A stretch of 34,521 nucleotides of DNA from a virus (lineage: Duplodnaviria > Caudoviricetes). The position numbers and the translations under genes are program-made. The notes beneath the pieces were generated by a model that worked only from the letters and a program-made list of their open reading frames with translations, searched no databases and was not told the origin of the DNA. The first letter of the stretch is position 1. Every line of letters begins with the position of its first letter. Below, in pieces: positions 16,128-26,272 of this stretch. The DNA lies in the IMG/VR virus record IMGVR_UViG_3300033485_000053, positions 1 through 34,521 of that record; one strand, 5' to 3'.

Positions 16128-16925
16128 ATGACTGACCAAGTTGAAGAAGTTGCAGCACCAGAAGTTGTAGATACTGAAGCTACGCAGGAAACCGTAGAGA
16201 CTCCAACACCCGAAACTGAGTTGGGCGAGGATGATAAGGAAACTCAGGCCGTAGAGAAAACATATACCCAAAAGGAATATGACGAAGCTACCGCAAAGAT
16301 TAGAAAGAAAGCCGAGGCTGTAGCAGAACGAAGAGCATTGAAAGTTTATGCGGAAAAGCTGGAATCGCTTAATGTGAAGCCAGCACAGCAACAGGAAGTG
16401 AAGGCGGATAACGGAAAGCCGCAACTCTCGAAATATGAGAATGTTGAGGATTACGTTGAAGCTGTAGCAGACTGGAAGCTGAATCAGCGTGAACAAGGTT
16501 TGCAACAAGAGAAAGCGGCAAAGCAACAGAGCGAAGTTAGCGTAAAGGTTCAAAGGATTTTGGAAGATGCTGAAAAAATCCCCGGATTTGATCGTGACGA
16601 ATTCGCTTCATTGCCAGTTAGTAGCTCTATGGCTGAAGCCATTATGGACAGCGATAAAGCTCCTCAAGTTGTGGCATATCTTGCATCTAACCCTGATGAC
16701 GCAGAACGTATCAATAAACTAAGTCCGGCAAGGCAAGCGGCTGAAATTGGCAAGTTGGAAGTTGCACTTTCAACAGTCACAAAAGTAAAGGCATCAAGCG
16801 CACCTGCACCGATTAAGCCACTTGGCAGTCGTGGTAGTGCGACAGGTACACTTGCAGACGCAAAGAGCATGGATGAATACGAGGCCATGCGGCGCAAGCA
16901 GGGTGCTAAATGGAATAGACGATAG
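16128..16925 (+). CDS. Scaffolding protein
   Basis: GGAGG RBS; acidic N-terminus, Y.EA.ADWK, YLASNP, SAPAPIKP; between portal and coat. Confidence 0.85.
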   Translation: MTDQVEEVAAPEVVDTEATQETVETPTPETELGEDDKETQAVEKTYTQKEYDEATAKIRKKAEAVAERRALKVYAEKLESLNVKPAQQQEVKADNGKPQLSKYENVEDYVEAVADWKLNQREQGLQQEKAAKQQSEVSVKVQRILEDAEKIPGFDRDEFASLPVSSSMAEAIMDSDKAPQVVAYLASNPDDAERINKLSPARQAAEIGKLEVALSTVTKVKASSAPAPIKPLGSRGSATGTLADAKSMDEYEAMRRKQGAKWNRR

Positions 16926-16988
16926 TAAAGGTTGGGTGAAAGCCCTTATTTGTAACTCATACGCTGTGAAGCGTTAGGAGGATTTAAC

Positions 16989-18194
16989 ATGAGCAACGTC
17001 TTAGCAACGAGTAGCATTGTAGCAAAAGAAGCATTGGCTGTTCTTGAGAACATGCTGGGCTTTTCCCATAACGTCAATCGAGACTATGAGGATGAATTCA
17101 CGGGCAATATGAGCCGTGGTTATGCTCCGGGTCAAACCATTAACATCAAACGTCCTCCACGTTATACATATCGTGATGGTCGTGTTGCTGTGCCTCAATC
17201 AACAACCGAAAGCACTATCCCACTGACTCTCGCCCAAGGTGGTTCTGACCTCAGCTTTAGCTCCGCTGAACGTACTTTGTCTGTAACTAAGCTGGAAGAT
17301 AAAGTATATGCGGCAATGGCTCCGGTACTAAACGAGATTGACCGTCGCGGTCTGGAAATGGCACGATTCTCCACGTTTAATGCGCTGAACCCAACCTATG
17401 CAGCAGCGAATACTCAGGCATTGGCTATCTCTGCATTGACTGGTATCAATCGCCGTCTGGATGAAATGGCCGCACCGATGGATAGGAACCGCACCATGAC
17501 TCTTTCGCCCGGTCTGAATGCTGACTTGGTGACTGGTCTGACTGGTCTGTTCAACGCACAAGATACCATCGCAAAGCAATATCGCTCTGGTCGTGTTGAG
17601 AATGCGCTGGGCTTGGCCTTTGAAATGGATCAGAATATCTCGACCCATACCAATGGTGCAGCTACTGCAACTAACATCAACGGCGCGAATCAGATTGGTT
17701 CGACTATCACCGTTACGGCTGTTGCTGCTGGTACTCTGACTCGTGGTACTCGTATCACTCTGCCGGGTGTGTTTGCGGTAAACCCTCAATCGCGTCAATC
17801 CACTGGTGTACTGGCTCAGTTCATCGTTACGGCTGACGTTGCACAGGGTGCGACTTCCATCCCTATCAGCCCAGCAATCGTAACCACTGGCGCATTCCAG
17901 AACGTAACCGCTTCGCCAACTACCGGCCAGCCTTACGTTATCTTTGGTGCTGCATCGACAAGTTACACTTGCTCGGTTGGTTATCACAAGGATGCGTTCA
18001 CGCTGGCTTGCGTACCATTGCAGGCTGTTCCTACTGGCACTGGTGCTAAGTCGTCTCAAGAAAGCCGCAACGGTCTGTCTGTGCGCGTTACTGAGGGTTA
18101 CGATGTGACCAACGATAACAGCATCATGCGTATTGACGTGCTGTATGGGTGGGCCGCTACATATCCTGAGTTGGCTTGCGTTTACGCAGGGTAA
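16989..18194 (+). CDS. P22-type major capsid (coat) protein
   Basis: G.TINIKRPPRY, MDQNI..HT.G, YHKDAFTLA..PL, RIDVLYGW...YPELA. Confidence 0.95.
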   Translation: MSNVLATSSIVAKEALAVLENMLGFSHNVNRDYEDEFTGNMSRGYAPGQTINIKRPPRYTYRDGRVAVPQSTTESTIPLTLAQGGSDLSFSSAERTLSVTKLEDKVYAAMAPVLNEIDRRGLEMARFSTFNALNPTYAAANTQALAISALTGINRRLDEMAAPMDRNRTMTLSPGLNADLVTGLTGLFNAQDTIAKQYRSGRVENALGLAFEMDQNISTHTNGAATATNINGANQIGSTITVTAVAAGTLTRGTRITLPGVFAVNPQSRQSTGVLAQFIVTADVAQGATSIPISPAIVTTGAFQNVTASPTTGQPYVIFGAASTSYTCSVGYHKDAFTLACVPLQAVPTGTGAKSSQESRNGLSVRVTEGYDVTNDNSIMRIDVLYGWAATYPELACVYAG

Positions 18195-18207
18195 TTGATA
18201 ATTTACA

Positions 18208-18315
18208 TTAACTGACAAACCCTTCGTGATACTTTCTTTTGCCCTCGATGCAAGCAAGCTCTGCTTCTTCGGGGGTATTGAAAGAACCAAGACGGATTCG
18301 TTTAGATTCAACACG
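18208..18315 (-). pseudogene. AP2-domain remnant of an HNH-AP2 homing endonuclease
   Basis: RVESKRIRLGSFNTPEEAELACIEGKRKYHEGF* with no upstream HNH domain. Confidence 0.65.
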
Positions 18316-18333
18316 AATTAAAGGAGAATTAAC

Positions 18334-19056
18334 ATGGCAGTTTATCTTACACAAGCATACGGCGGATTCCCAGCATCTTCGACTAATCCGGTAATCTTTC
18401 CACCTTCTACTGAAGCTGCACTTATTGCAGAAGGTAAAGCAACCGCTGCCGGAACTACAGGAGGCGAAAATACTCGCGGTGGCCCCGGCTACTTTGCAAC
18501 TCAAGGCGGCAACAAAGCAATGATTGACCAAGTTGGTGTAGGTCGTGATGTAGCTAACGTCAATAAAGCCCCATTGATTTCAACCGCAATCCCGATGGGT
18601 TCTTTGGCTTTCACAGCATACGAAACTAATGGCACAGCACCTACTGCTGGCACGATGTATCTGACTGAAATTAATATCTCTGCTGCACAGACATATACCG
18701 GCATTGGCGTTTTGAATGGTACGACTGTTGGCACTGATAATCATTTGGTGGCTCTGTATGGCGCTGATGGTACTCTGCTGGCTAATTCTGCTGTTGCCGG
18801 TGCTTTGTCTGCTGGAGCCTCAGCTTGGCAAGACCGAGCATTCGCGGCTCCGATTACGCTGATTCCGGGTCGCTACTTCCTTGGCGTGCAATCAAATGGC
18901 ACTACTGCAACATTGCGCCACTTGGAGACCGCGCTTGGTGCAACTAACAGCACTGGCGCGCAAGCAGGTGTATTTGGCACTATCCCAGCAACATTGACGA
19001 CCGTACCTGTGACGATCACCAATGCACAGGGCGTGATAACTAGACTTTACGTTTAA
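18334..19056 (+). CDS. Putative virion structural/decoration protein
   Basis: AAGGAG RBS; directly after the coat gene; G/T/A-rich. Confidence 0.7.
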   Translation: MAVYLTQAYGGFPASSTNPVIFPPSTEAALIAEGKATAAGTTGGENTRGGPGYFATQGGNKAMIDQVGVGRDVANVNKAPLISTAIPMGSLAFTAYETNGTAPTAGTMYLTEINISAAQTYTGIGVLNGTTVGTDNHLVALYGADGTLLANSAVAGALSAGASAWQDRAFAAPITLIPGRYFLGVQSNGTTATLRHLETALGATNSTGAQAGVFGTIPATLTTVPVTITNAQGVITRLYV

Positions 19057-19107
19057 AGTTTAGCGTTCATTCCCCATTAGAAAATAATGGGGAATTTAAG
19101 CTAAATT
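19057..19107. terminator. Hairpin, possible terminator or processing site
   Basis: ATTCCCCATTA-gaaaa-TAATGGGGAAT (19069-19095) with an outer TTTAGC/GCTAAA stem. Confidence 0.55.
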
Positions 19108-19164
19108 GTTCTAACCGCTTGCATCGTTGTGAAACGCCCAAGCGATCTATTCTAAGGAGTTCCT

Positions 19165-19872
19165 ATGACGACGGCCCTTGTGCTTATAAGCGATGCATTG
19201 AAGGAGATAGGAGTTCTTGCTGAAGGCGATACTCCATCCGCTGCGATGGTTGATGATGCTCTGCGTGCATTAAATCGTTTGATGGCATTGATAAGCAATG
19301 ACCAGTCTTTTGCCTATTATCAAAATATGGTATCTCGCCCGTTGACTGGTGAGACTTCATTTACTATTGGGCCAACTGGCGACGTTGTAACAGATAGGCC
19401 GATAAGCATAGAGACTGCATTCGTTGACCGCAACGGTATTAGCTATCCTGTCCGTGTAATTGATAACGTGTTATGGGATGGAATCATTTATAAGGGCATT
19501 GCTGGCGCAAATACAGCGTATGTCTATTACGAGGCGACAATGCCTAATGGTATCGTCCATGTATGGCCTTTGGCTACTGGGTGTACTCTAAATCTGCGTG
19601 TGGTTAATGTGGTTGCATCTTTTGCTACATCGGCAACTGTGTTATCGCTTCCGCCCGGATATGAAGAATGCCTGACGAGTAATCTCGCTGTGCGTCTTGC
19701 ACCTCAATATCCGGCAGGGATTCTTTCACCTGTGACGGTTCAATATGCCAAGAGTTCGCTGAAACAATTGCAGCGTAAGAACAACGTAATCCCGACAATG
19801 AAACTTCCATCTGTTGTCACTGGACGCAATAATAATATGGGTTCGCTGGCTAACTTCTTGGGGGGTATCTAA
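19165..19872 (+). CDS. Head-tail connector (P22 gp4-like)
   Basis: LISDALKEIGVLAEG.TP...DALRALN; LPPGYEE.L..NLAVRLAP.Y. Confidence 0.85.
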   Translation: MTTALVLISDALKEIGVLAEGDTPSAAMVDDALRALNRLMALISNDQSFAYYQNMVSRPLTGETSFTIGPTGDVVTDRPISIETAFVDRNGISYPVRVIDNVLWDGIIYKGIAGANTAYVYYEATMPNGIVHVWPLATGCTLNLRVVNVVASFATSATVLSLPPGYEECLTSNLAVRLAPQYPAGILSPVTVQYAKSSLKQLQRKNNVIPTMKLPSVVTGRNNNMGSLANFLGGI

Positions 19873-19873
19873 C

Positions 19874-20029
19874 GTGCCATACTCGCTCAAGCAGAACGCT
19901 TTGTTCCGTGCGGCTGCACATAATCCTGATATCGCTAAATCCAGCGGAATCCCAATGCAAACAGCAAAGAAACTCGCGGCAGAAGGAATTAAACGAAAAA
20001 CCAATAAACTCATGGAGAAAATCAAATGA
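19874..20029 (+). CDS. Small basic phage protein
   Basis: GTG start; PYSLKQ..F.AAAHNP..AK..GIP pattern seen in podovirus virion modules. Confidence 0.65.
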   Translation: MPYSLKQNALFRAAAHNPDIAKSSGIPMQTAKKLAAEGIKRKTNKLMEKIK

Positions 20030-20421
20030 AAGTATCTGAACTCAAGAAAGCTACTGAAGGCCCACTAGAACAACTTGCTGCGCGTGTGTTTGCTGCGCGT
20101 AATATCACACATCGCGCTCACTGGGCTGCGAAAGGTGCAGGTTCATATGCTGAGCATATCGCGCTTGGTGAGTTCTATGATGGCGTGATTGATGCCATTG
20201 ATTCGATCATTGAAGTTGACCAAGGTATGTATGGTCTGATTGCAGACTTTACCGTTGAGGATAGCAAGCCTACTGACATGGCAAAGTATCTTAGGGATGA
20301 AGGCGCATGGATTGAGGCGAACCGCGCAAACTTTTCTAAGTGTTCGGCGGTTCTTAATCTGATTGATGGGTTATCGGCTATCTATCTTCGCACATCATAC
20401 AAACTTACTAATCTGAAATAA
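20026..20421 (+). CDS. Ferritin/Dps-like (DUF5856-like) protein
   Basis: H.AHW.....SYAEH.ALGEFYD....D...E..QG...N..D.......YKL.NLK. Confidence 0.75.
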   Translation: MKVSELKKATEGPLEQLAARVFAARNITHRAHWAAKGAGSYAEHIALGEFYDGVIDAIDSIIEVDQGMYGLIADFTVEDSKPTDMAKYLRDEGAWIEANRANFSKCSAVLNLIDGLSAIYLRTSYKLTNLK

Positions 20422-21401
20422 TGGCTAATCGGCTCGCCCAGCTTAATGATGAAATGTCGCATAAGACATTTATATCGCCTGATAATCCTATCGGGAATGC
20501 ACTCGTATCATGGGCAAAAGGCGTTAAACAACGTGCATTAAATCCATTGCAGACAGTAGCAGATGAAGCGCAACGCTGGCGCGATATGACGCCAACGGAA
20601 ATGGCTACGAATATCAATCCGGCGCACGGTATCAGTAGTATGGCTGGTATATTCGCTGGTAAAGGCGCAAAGACTGCTGATTTGGTTATGCTTAACAAGG
20701 CGAAGGAAATGCAGCAAGCTGGCATTCCAGATAAAGAGATTCATGCTGTGACAGGTTGGACATTTGGATTCCCTGACGGCAAGCCACGTTTTGAGATACC
20801 TGATAACACAATGACGATTAACCTACCTGCTGCGGATAAAAAAGGCGTGCAGACTGCTGATAGCCCAATAGGTAAATTAGTATCGCATCCAGAGCTATTC
20901 GATGCTTATCCTGACTTGGCACATTATCGCGGTGAGATAACGCAAGGGCCGAAGATTGACGAAAGCGGATCATTCTCGCGCAGCCGTTTGACTCGCGCTC
21001 CAATGATTCAGGCATCAGGACAAGATGCTAAATTGCCTACTATCCATGAATTGCAACACGCAGTTCAAGAGATAGAGGGATTCGCTAGAGGTGGAAGCCC
21101 GGAAATGTTTAATCAAGCTGATGATTCGCAATTAGCAAAATCTGCACTATCGCCACTGGATTTATACAAAAATCTGGCAGGTGAATCAGAATCACGACTA
21201 TCTGAACAACGAGCAGCAATGGCTCCAGAACAACGTGCAGCAAGTTACCCGACAACAATGTTTGACGTTCCTGCCGAGAGTCAAATTGTTCGCTATCGGG
21301 ATGCTATTGCGAAGACTATTCCTGATATTGAGCCATTATATATTGATGATAGATACGATGCTCTTATCAATACCGCAAAACAATCATTGGGAGTTCAATA
21401 A
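20421..21401 (+). CDS. LPD23-like domain protein with HExxH motif
   Basis: TGW.FG.PDGKPRFEI.D, HPELFDAYP.L, HELQHAVQEIEGFARGGSP, Y.NLAGE.E.R. Confidence 0.75.
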   Translation: MANRLAQLNDEMSHKTFISPDNPIGNALVSWAKGVKQRALNPLQTVADEAQRWRDMTPTEMATNINPAHGISSMAGIFAGKGAKTADLVMLNKAKEMQQAGIPDKEIHAVTGWTFGFPDGKPRFEIPDNTMTINLPAADKKGVQTADSPIGKLVSHPELFDAYPDLAHYRGEITQGPKIDESGSFSRSRLTRAPMIQASGQDAKLPTIHELQHAVQEIEGFARGGSPEMFNQADDSQLAKSALSPLDLYKNLAGESESRLSEQRAAMAPEQRAASYPTTMFDVPAESQIVRYRDAIAKTIPDIEPLYIDDRYDALINTAKQSLGVQ

Positions 21402-23068
21402 TGCCAGTTATGCCCGGATTCTTTGGCGGAGAGGATATTCAGCGTAGTCTGAACTTATCTGATAATCGCTGTATCAACTTATATCCTACGACTAACGATT
21501 CTGGAACGGTGACAGGGTTAATCACAACTCCCGGACTTTCTCTGTATTCGACTATTCCGGGCAGTATCATTGCATCTGGAATATATACTGCATCGAATGG
21601 ACGTTGCTTTATGACGGCTGGAACAACTCTTTATGAGATTACCTCTGGTGGTGCATTGACAAGTCGCGGAACTATTACATCTTCATCCGTTGCTCGCATG
21701 AGCGATAACGGGATTGAAATGATTATCGTTAATGGTATAGATGGATGGCTTTACACATTCGATACAAACGTATTGGCTAAAATATCCGTAGTTCAGTTGG
21801 CGTTTACAGTCACATTGGCAACTCCTGCGGTATTTTCGACTGCTGTTGTCCATAATCTGAATGTAGGGGATAAGATTAGATTGACTACAACGGGCGCATT
21901 GCCGACTGGATTGGCAACGCTGACGGATTATTATGTGATAGCTGCAGGATTCGGAGCATCATCGTTTCAGGTATCTTTGACTCCCGCCGGTGCTGCTGTG
22001 AATACATCAGGTGCGCAATCTGGCGTACACACTTTAACAAGTAGCGGTTATGGGTTCCCGAATGGAAGTAAGACGGTTTCATATATCAATGGTCGGTTTG
22101 TTGCGTGCGCTCCTAATACTCAGGCTTTCTATGTTTCTGATGTTCTGATGGGCGTAAATTGGAATCCATTAAATGTGCAAACTGTAGATTCAAACCCTGA
22201 CTATCTGATTGGTGGCATTGCATCGCACAATGAGCTAATCATGTTCTGCGAACAATCAGGCGAGGTATTTTATGACTCTGGAACTGTACCGAGTCCATTT
22301 GTTCGTAACGTGTCAGGCGTGTTTGAAGTTGGCTGCATTGCGCCTTACTCAATAGCGAAGATAGATAACTCAGTTATGTGGCTCGGAAAGAGTACGACAG
22401 GACAGGGCATAATCTACCGTTTGAACGGTTACACACCAGCCCGTATGTCAACGTATTCCATCGAATACGCAATCCAATCTATGACGGTTATAACTGACGC
22501 TATAGCCTTTACATACCAACAAGACGGGCATCATTTTTATGTATTGACTTTCCCAACTGGAAACAGGACATTCGTATTTGATGTGAACACGCAGTTATGG
22601 CACGAACGCGCTGGTTTTGCTGGTGGATTGTTGAAACGCTGGGAGGCTCAAGAGTACGCATTCTTCGACAATAAGCATCTTGTGTGCGACTTTGAAGAGG
22701 GCAAGATTTATTACTTGAATCTTGATGCATATCTTGACGGTATAGAAACGCACAAATGGATTCGATCATGGCGTGCTCCGCCTTCTGATATGAAACGTGC
22801 AATTCATCACAAGTTGACATTAGAGGCCGAGGTTGGCGTAGGATTGCAAGGCGGAGTAACCCCGACAGTCATGCTTAAATACTCCAATGACGGCGGACAT
22901 ACATGGTCTGCTGATAATTGGCGCGATATGGGAATAGGTGCTGCTGGCGAGTATTCAAAGCGCGTTTTCTGGCATCGTTTGGGAATGACTACTGGGCAGC
23001 CGAGAATTTATGAATTATCTGGCACTGCGCCTGTTAAAACTATGTTGCTAAACGCTTATTTAGAGTAG
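21401..23068 (+). CDS. Packaged-DNA stabilisation / tail hub protein (P22 gp10-like)
   Basis: RCINLYP...TPGL, MSDNG, GCIAPYS, YQQDGHHFYVLTFP...T.VFD..T.LWHER, SNDGGHTW. Confidence 0.9.
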   Translation: MPVMPGFFGGEDIQRSLNLSDNRCINLYPTTNDSGTVTGLITTPGLSLYSTIPGSIIASGIYTASNGRCFMTAGTTLYEITSGGALTSRGTITSSSVARMSDNGIEMIIVNGIDGWLYTFDTNVLAKISVVQLAFTVTLATPAVFSTAVVHNLNVGDKIRLTTTGALPTGLATLTDYYVIAAGFGASSFQVSLTPAGAAVNTSGAQSGVHTLTSSGYGFPNGSKTVSYINGRFVACAPNTQAFYVSDVLMGVNWNPLNVQTVDSNPDYLIGGIASHNELIMFCEQSGEVFYDSGTVPSPFVRNVSGVFEVGCIAPYSIAKIDNSVMWLGKSTTGQGIIYRLNGYTPARMSTYSIEYAIQSMTVITDAIAFTYQQDGHHFYVLTFPTGNRTFVFDVNTQLWHERAGFAGGLLKRWEAQEYAFFDNKHLVCDFEEGKIYYLNLDAYLDGIETHKWIRSWRAPPSDMKRAIHHKLTLEAEVGVGLQGGVTPTVMLKYSNDGGHTWSADNWRDMGIGAAGEYSKRVFWHRLGMTTGQPRIYELSGTAPVKTMLLNAYLE

Positions 23069-23090
23069 AATCTGAGTAATTGGAGGAATT

Positions 23091-23441
23091 ATGAATAAAC
23101 TGATGAATCCGCAACAAATGCAGCCACAACAGCCAATGATGGAGCAGGGAATGCCAGCACAACCCGCTGCTCCTACTAACTTTTTGGCGCGTGCTGCTCA
23201 ACCGCCAGAACAAAATGCTCAGGGAAAGCCATTTAACGGTTCTGTAACTGTCAATGGAAAAAAAGTAGAAGTAGAAGATGGAATTGCCACTATGGGAGAA
23301 AAAAAGTTTTTTGTCTCAACTGATGGAAGTGTCGTAATTGACCAGAATCGTAATGTTGTTGGCAGTGTTGAAAATGGTAAATTCGTTCCAACAACTGAAC
23401 AACATATCGCTGAACTTAAAAAGCGTGGAATCGTGCAATGA
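23091..23441 (+). CDS. Hypothetical protein
   Basis: GGAGG RBS; Q/P-rich N-terminus. Confidence 0.7.
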   Translation: MNKLMNPQQMQPQQPMMEQGMPAQPAAPTNFLARAAQPPEQNAQGKPFNGSVTVNGKKVEVEDGIATMGEKKFFVSTDGSVVIDQNRNVVGSVENGKFVPTTEQHIAELKKRGIVQ

Positions 23442-23884
23442 TTGAATTTTGTGTGGAGGATTATGCTGATGTGATAGCAGAAATCAAACCATATTATGCT
23501 CTGCATTATGACGAATTAGCATCTAATAAAGAGATTGAACTTGACCCGAATTATGAAGTATATGAAAAATTACACGAGGCAGGAGTTTTGCATGTTGTTA
23601 CGGCTAGAGATAATGGTATATTGGTAGGCTACCATATTTCATTTGTAATGCCGCATTTGCATTATAAGCAAAGTTTAACTGCGCATACTGACATTTATTA
23701 TCTGCGCAAAGATTGCAGAGTAGGAATGAACGGAGTAAATCTGTTTAAGTTCATGGAACAAAGTTTGCGCGTTCGTGGCGTTGAGCGAATTTACATGATG
23801 ACCAAGACAGATGCAGACAAAGGCGTTATTTTGGAAAGACTTGGTTATGTTGAGAAAGAGCGCATCTATACTAAGATGATTTAA
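23438..23884 (+). CDS. GNAT-fold protein in the tail module
   Basis: DIYYLRKDCRVG..G..L; ILERLGY...ERIY.K. Confidence 0.75.
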   Translation: MIEFCVEDYADVIAEIKPYYALHYDELASNKEIELDPNYEVYEKLHEAGVLHVVTARDNGILVGYHISFVMPHLHYKQSLTAHTDIYYLRKDCRVGMNGVNLFKFMEQSLRVRGVERIYMMTKTDADKGVILERLGYVEKERIYTKMI

Positions 23885-23920
23885 TTTACTCATACGCTGT
23901 GAAGCGTTAGGAGCGGTAAT

Positions 23921-25054
23921 ATGGGCGGAATAATAGGGAGCGTTGCACAAGTAGCAATTCCAGCGGCGGCGGCTGTTTTTGGTGGCCCTGCTGCGGCTGC
24001 CTTTATGGGTACAAGTGCTGCCGTAGGTTCTGCTGCTGCCGGAGCATTAGCGGGCGGTTTAACGTCTGCCGCAACCGGAGGAAATGTTCTTGCCGGAGCC
24101 GCAATGGGAGGGCTGGGTGGATATGGGATGGGTGGAGGGTTTAGTAGCGTACCTGTTCTATCGACTCCATCCGAGATAATGGCAGCGGCTCCCGGAATAG
24201 ACGCTTCGACAGCGGCGGCGTTGTCTAATGGTGGACTATCTGCTGAGCAGGCATCCATAATGGTTGCAAATGGTGCTACGACTGCTGATATGGCTACTGT
24301 AGCGCAAGCATATCAATCTGGTTCGGCTCCTTTGTTGTCAAATCTTAGTCAAGGCGCTCAATCGTTTTTGACAAGTCCAAATGGCAGCAGGCTAATGGGT
24401 TCTCTTGTGTCTGGCGGTGCTGCTTTATATGGGGCAAGCCAAACATCAGATGCAGCATTAAAAGCCGCACAATTAAGCGCACAACAAAGTCAGAACGCGC
24501 TTAACCAACAACAACAACAATTCAACATTGGACAGGCTAATCAAAAGCCGTGGATGGGTGCGGGACAAACTGCACTCGGCGCGCAACTTGATTTGATGGG
24601 TTTGCCCGGTGGAACAACTGGAAATGCTACTAATCAACTTGCTCAACTGCAGCAATCTCCGGGTTATCAATTCCAATTGCAACAAGGTCAACAAGGTCTT
24701 GATGCTAGTGCTGCTGCTCGCGGTGGAATGGGTAGCGGAAAAAATGCTGTTGCGGCTTCAGACTATAACCAGAACTACGCATCTACTGCTTATGGAAACA
24801 GGCTTCAACAGCTTGCCAATCTTTCAACCACTGGACAAAGTGCCGCATCTGGTATGGCGTCGCAGGGTATGAATTATGCGACTAACACTGGCAACATCAT
24901 GCAGAACATGGGGAATACTCAAGGCAACGCGCTGATGACTGCTGCTAATGCTACTCAGTCTGGTATTTTGGGCGCGGGTCAGGCGGCAAGTAATTATTTC
25001 AATCCCGGCCAGAATAATCAATCAACGCTCAACTATAAATTAGTTCCAGCATAA
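23921..25054 (+). CDS. DNA ejection/transfer protein (gp7-like)
   Basis: G/A-rich; PW..AG..AL and SPGYQFQLQQG....ASAAARGG..SG...Y.QNYA motifs. Confidence 0.8.
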   Translation: MGGIIGSVAQVAIPAAAAVFGGPAAAAFMGTSAAVGSAAAGALAGGLTSAATGGNVLAGAAMGGLGGYGMGGGFSSVPVLSTPSEIMAAAPGIDASTAAALSNGGLSAEQASIMVANGATTADMATVAQAYQSGSAPLLSNLSQGAQSFLTSPNGSRLMGSLVSGGAALYGASQTSDAALKAAQLSAQQSQNALNQQQQQFNIGQANQKPWMGAGQTALGAQLDLMGLPGGTTGNATNQLAQLQQSPGYQFQLQQGQQGLDASAAARGGMGSGKNAVAASDYNQNYASTAYGNRLQQLANLSTTGQSAASGMASQGMNYATNTGNIMQNMGNTQGNALMTAANATQSGILGAGQAASNYFNPGQNNQSTLNYKLVPA

Positions 25055-25064
25055 AGGAATAATC

Positions 25065-26270
25065 ATGGTCGATTTAAATTATGGATTACTTGACACTCAA
25101 TTCGGGCAAAAGCTCGGCGCAGAATTCGACCCTACTGTTATCGCTGAACGCCAGAATAAACTGATGGATTTATACAATCAGCGCGCCATTCAGAATGCGG
25201 CGGTAGCGGCTGCGCAAAACAAACAAGCAGCAATTGCTAATTTATCTCCTGATGAGCAAGTGCAAGCTCAACTCGGAGTTCCACCAGAAAAAATAATGGA
25301 ACGCCGCCAGCAAATGGCATTTATGAAAGGCGCAGATAGGTTTTTAGGTGGCGCACCAATTACAGGACAATATGACTTATCATCGCCACAATCTACCGCT
25401 AGCGTGATGTCCGACATTAGCCGCATTGCAGACCCTACAGAAAAAGCTCAAGCAATGGCGGCATTGCAAGCGCAACAAGGCGGTGCGCCAGCGGTTACAC
25501 AACCTGACGAGCAAGGTATCAGGGATTATGCTGTGCGTGGAGTGTTGGCAGGGGTTCCGGGTGCTGATAAATTGCTTAATGTAGGAGTGAAGTCAGATGA
25601 AGGGGTGCCAATTGACATTATGAGTGGAGGAAAGGCTATGAAAATAATGTCAAGATCGGGTCGTATTATTGGTGAATCTCCAAGAGTTACACAAGAGCCA
25701 TTAGTTCCTGTCAAGCAAAATGATGGAACAGTAATATATATGCCTAGAAGTCAGGCTATTGGTGAACAAGTTGGAACGGCGACATCAAGCGATAAACCGC
25801 TTACTGAATTTCAGGCAAAGGATGTTGGATATGGAACTCGTGCGCAACAAGCGCATGATATTTTGAATAAAGTAGGAGTAAATTACAGTCCTGCAAAACT
25901 TAATGCGGCAACATCTGTTGAAAATGTACCCGGTATAGGATGGGCAGCAAACGCCGCATTGGGAGATACTGAGCAATCGGTAGGGCAAGCGCAACGAAAT
26001 TTTATTAATGCAGTATTGCGCCAAGAATCTGGCGCGGCTATCGCCTCGTCTGAATTTAACAATGCTCGGAAACAATACTTCCCGCAGCCCGGAGATTCTG
26101 ATTCTGTTATTGCACAAAAACAAGCGAATAGAGAACGTGTAATTGAATCATTTAAAATAGGAGCAGGGACGCAAGGAGCAAAACATTTTGCTCCATCAGT
26201 AGTTACACAATCATCTGCTCATCCGGCAGATATTAATTCATTGCTTCAACAATATGGAACAGCGAGATAA
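25065..26270 (+). CDS. Putative ejection protein
   Basis: Position; QAQRNFINAVLRQESGAAI..SEF.NA.KQYFPQPGD..VIAQK..NR motif. Confidence 0.7.
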   Translation: MVDLNYGLLDTQFGQKLGAEFDPTVIAERQNKLMDLYNQRAIQNAAVAAAQNKQAAIANLSPDEQVQAQLGVPPEKIMERRQQMAFMKGADRFLGGAPITGQYDLSSPQSTASVMSDISRIADPTEKAQAMAALQAQQGGAPAVTQPDEQGIRDYAVRGVLAGVPGADKLLNVGVKSDEGVPIDIMSGGKAMKIMSRSGRIIGESPRVTQEPLVPVKQNDGTVIYMPRSQAIGEQVGTATSSDKPLTEFQAKDVGYGTRAQQAHDILNKVGVNYSPAKLNAATSVENVPGIGWAANAALGDTEQSVGQAQRNFINAVLRQESGAAIASSEFNNARKQYFPQPGDSDSVIAQKQANRERVIESFKIGAGTQGAKHFAPSVVTQSSAHPADINSLLQQYGTAR

Positions 26271-26272
26271 TT

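Noticed and set aside
17328-18314. 328-aa minus-strand ORF and other antisense ORFs in the structural module
   Set aside because: They are shadows of strongly supported + strand genes.
13627-19876. CTAACG at ~13630, ~16096 and ~19870 as further attC or attI sites
   Set aside because: No L-box or partner GTTRRRY arm. The first two belong to the leader-hairpin motif.
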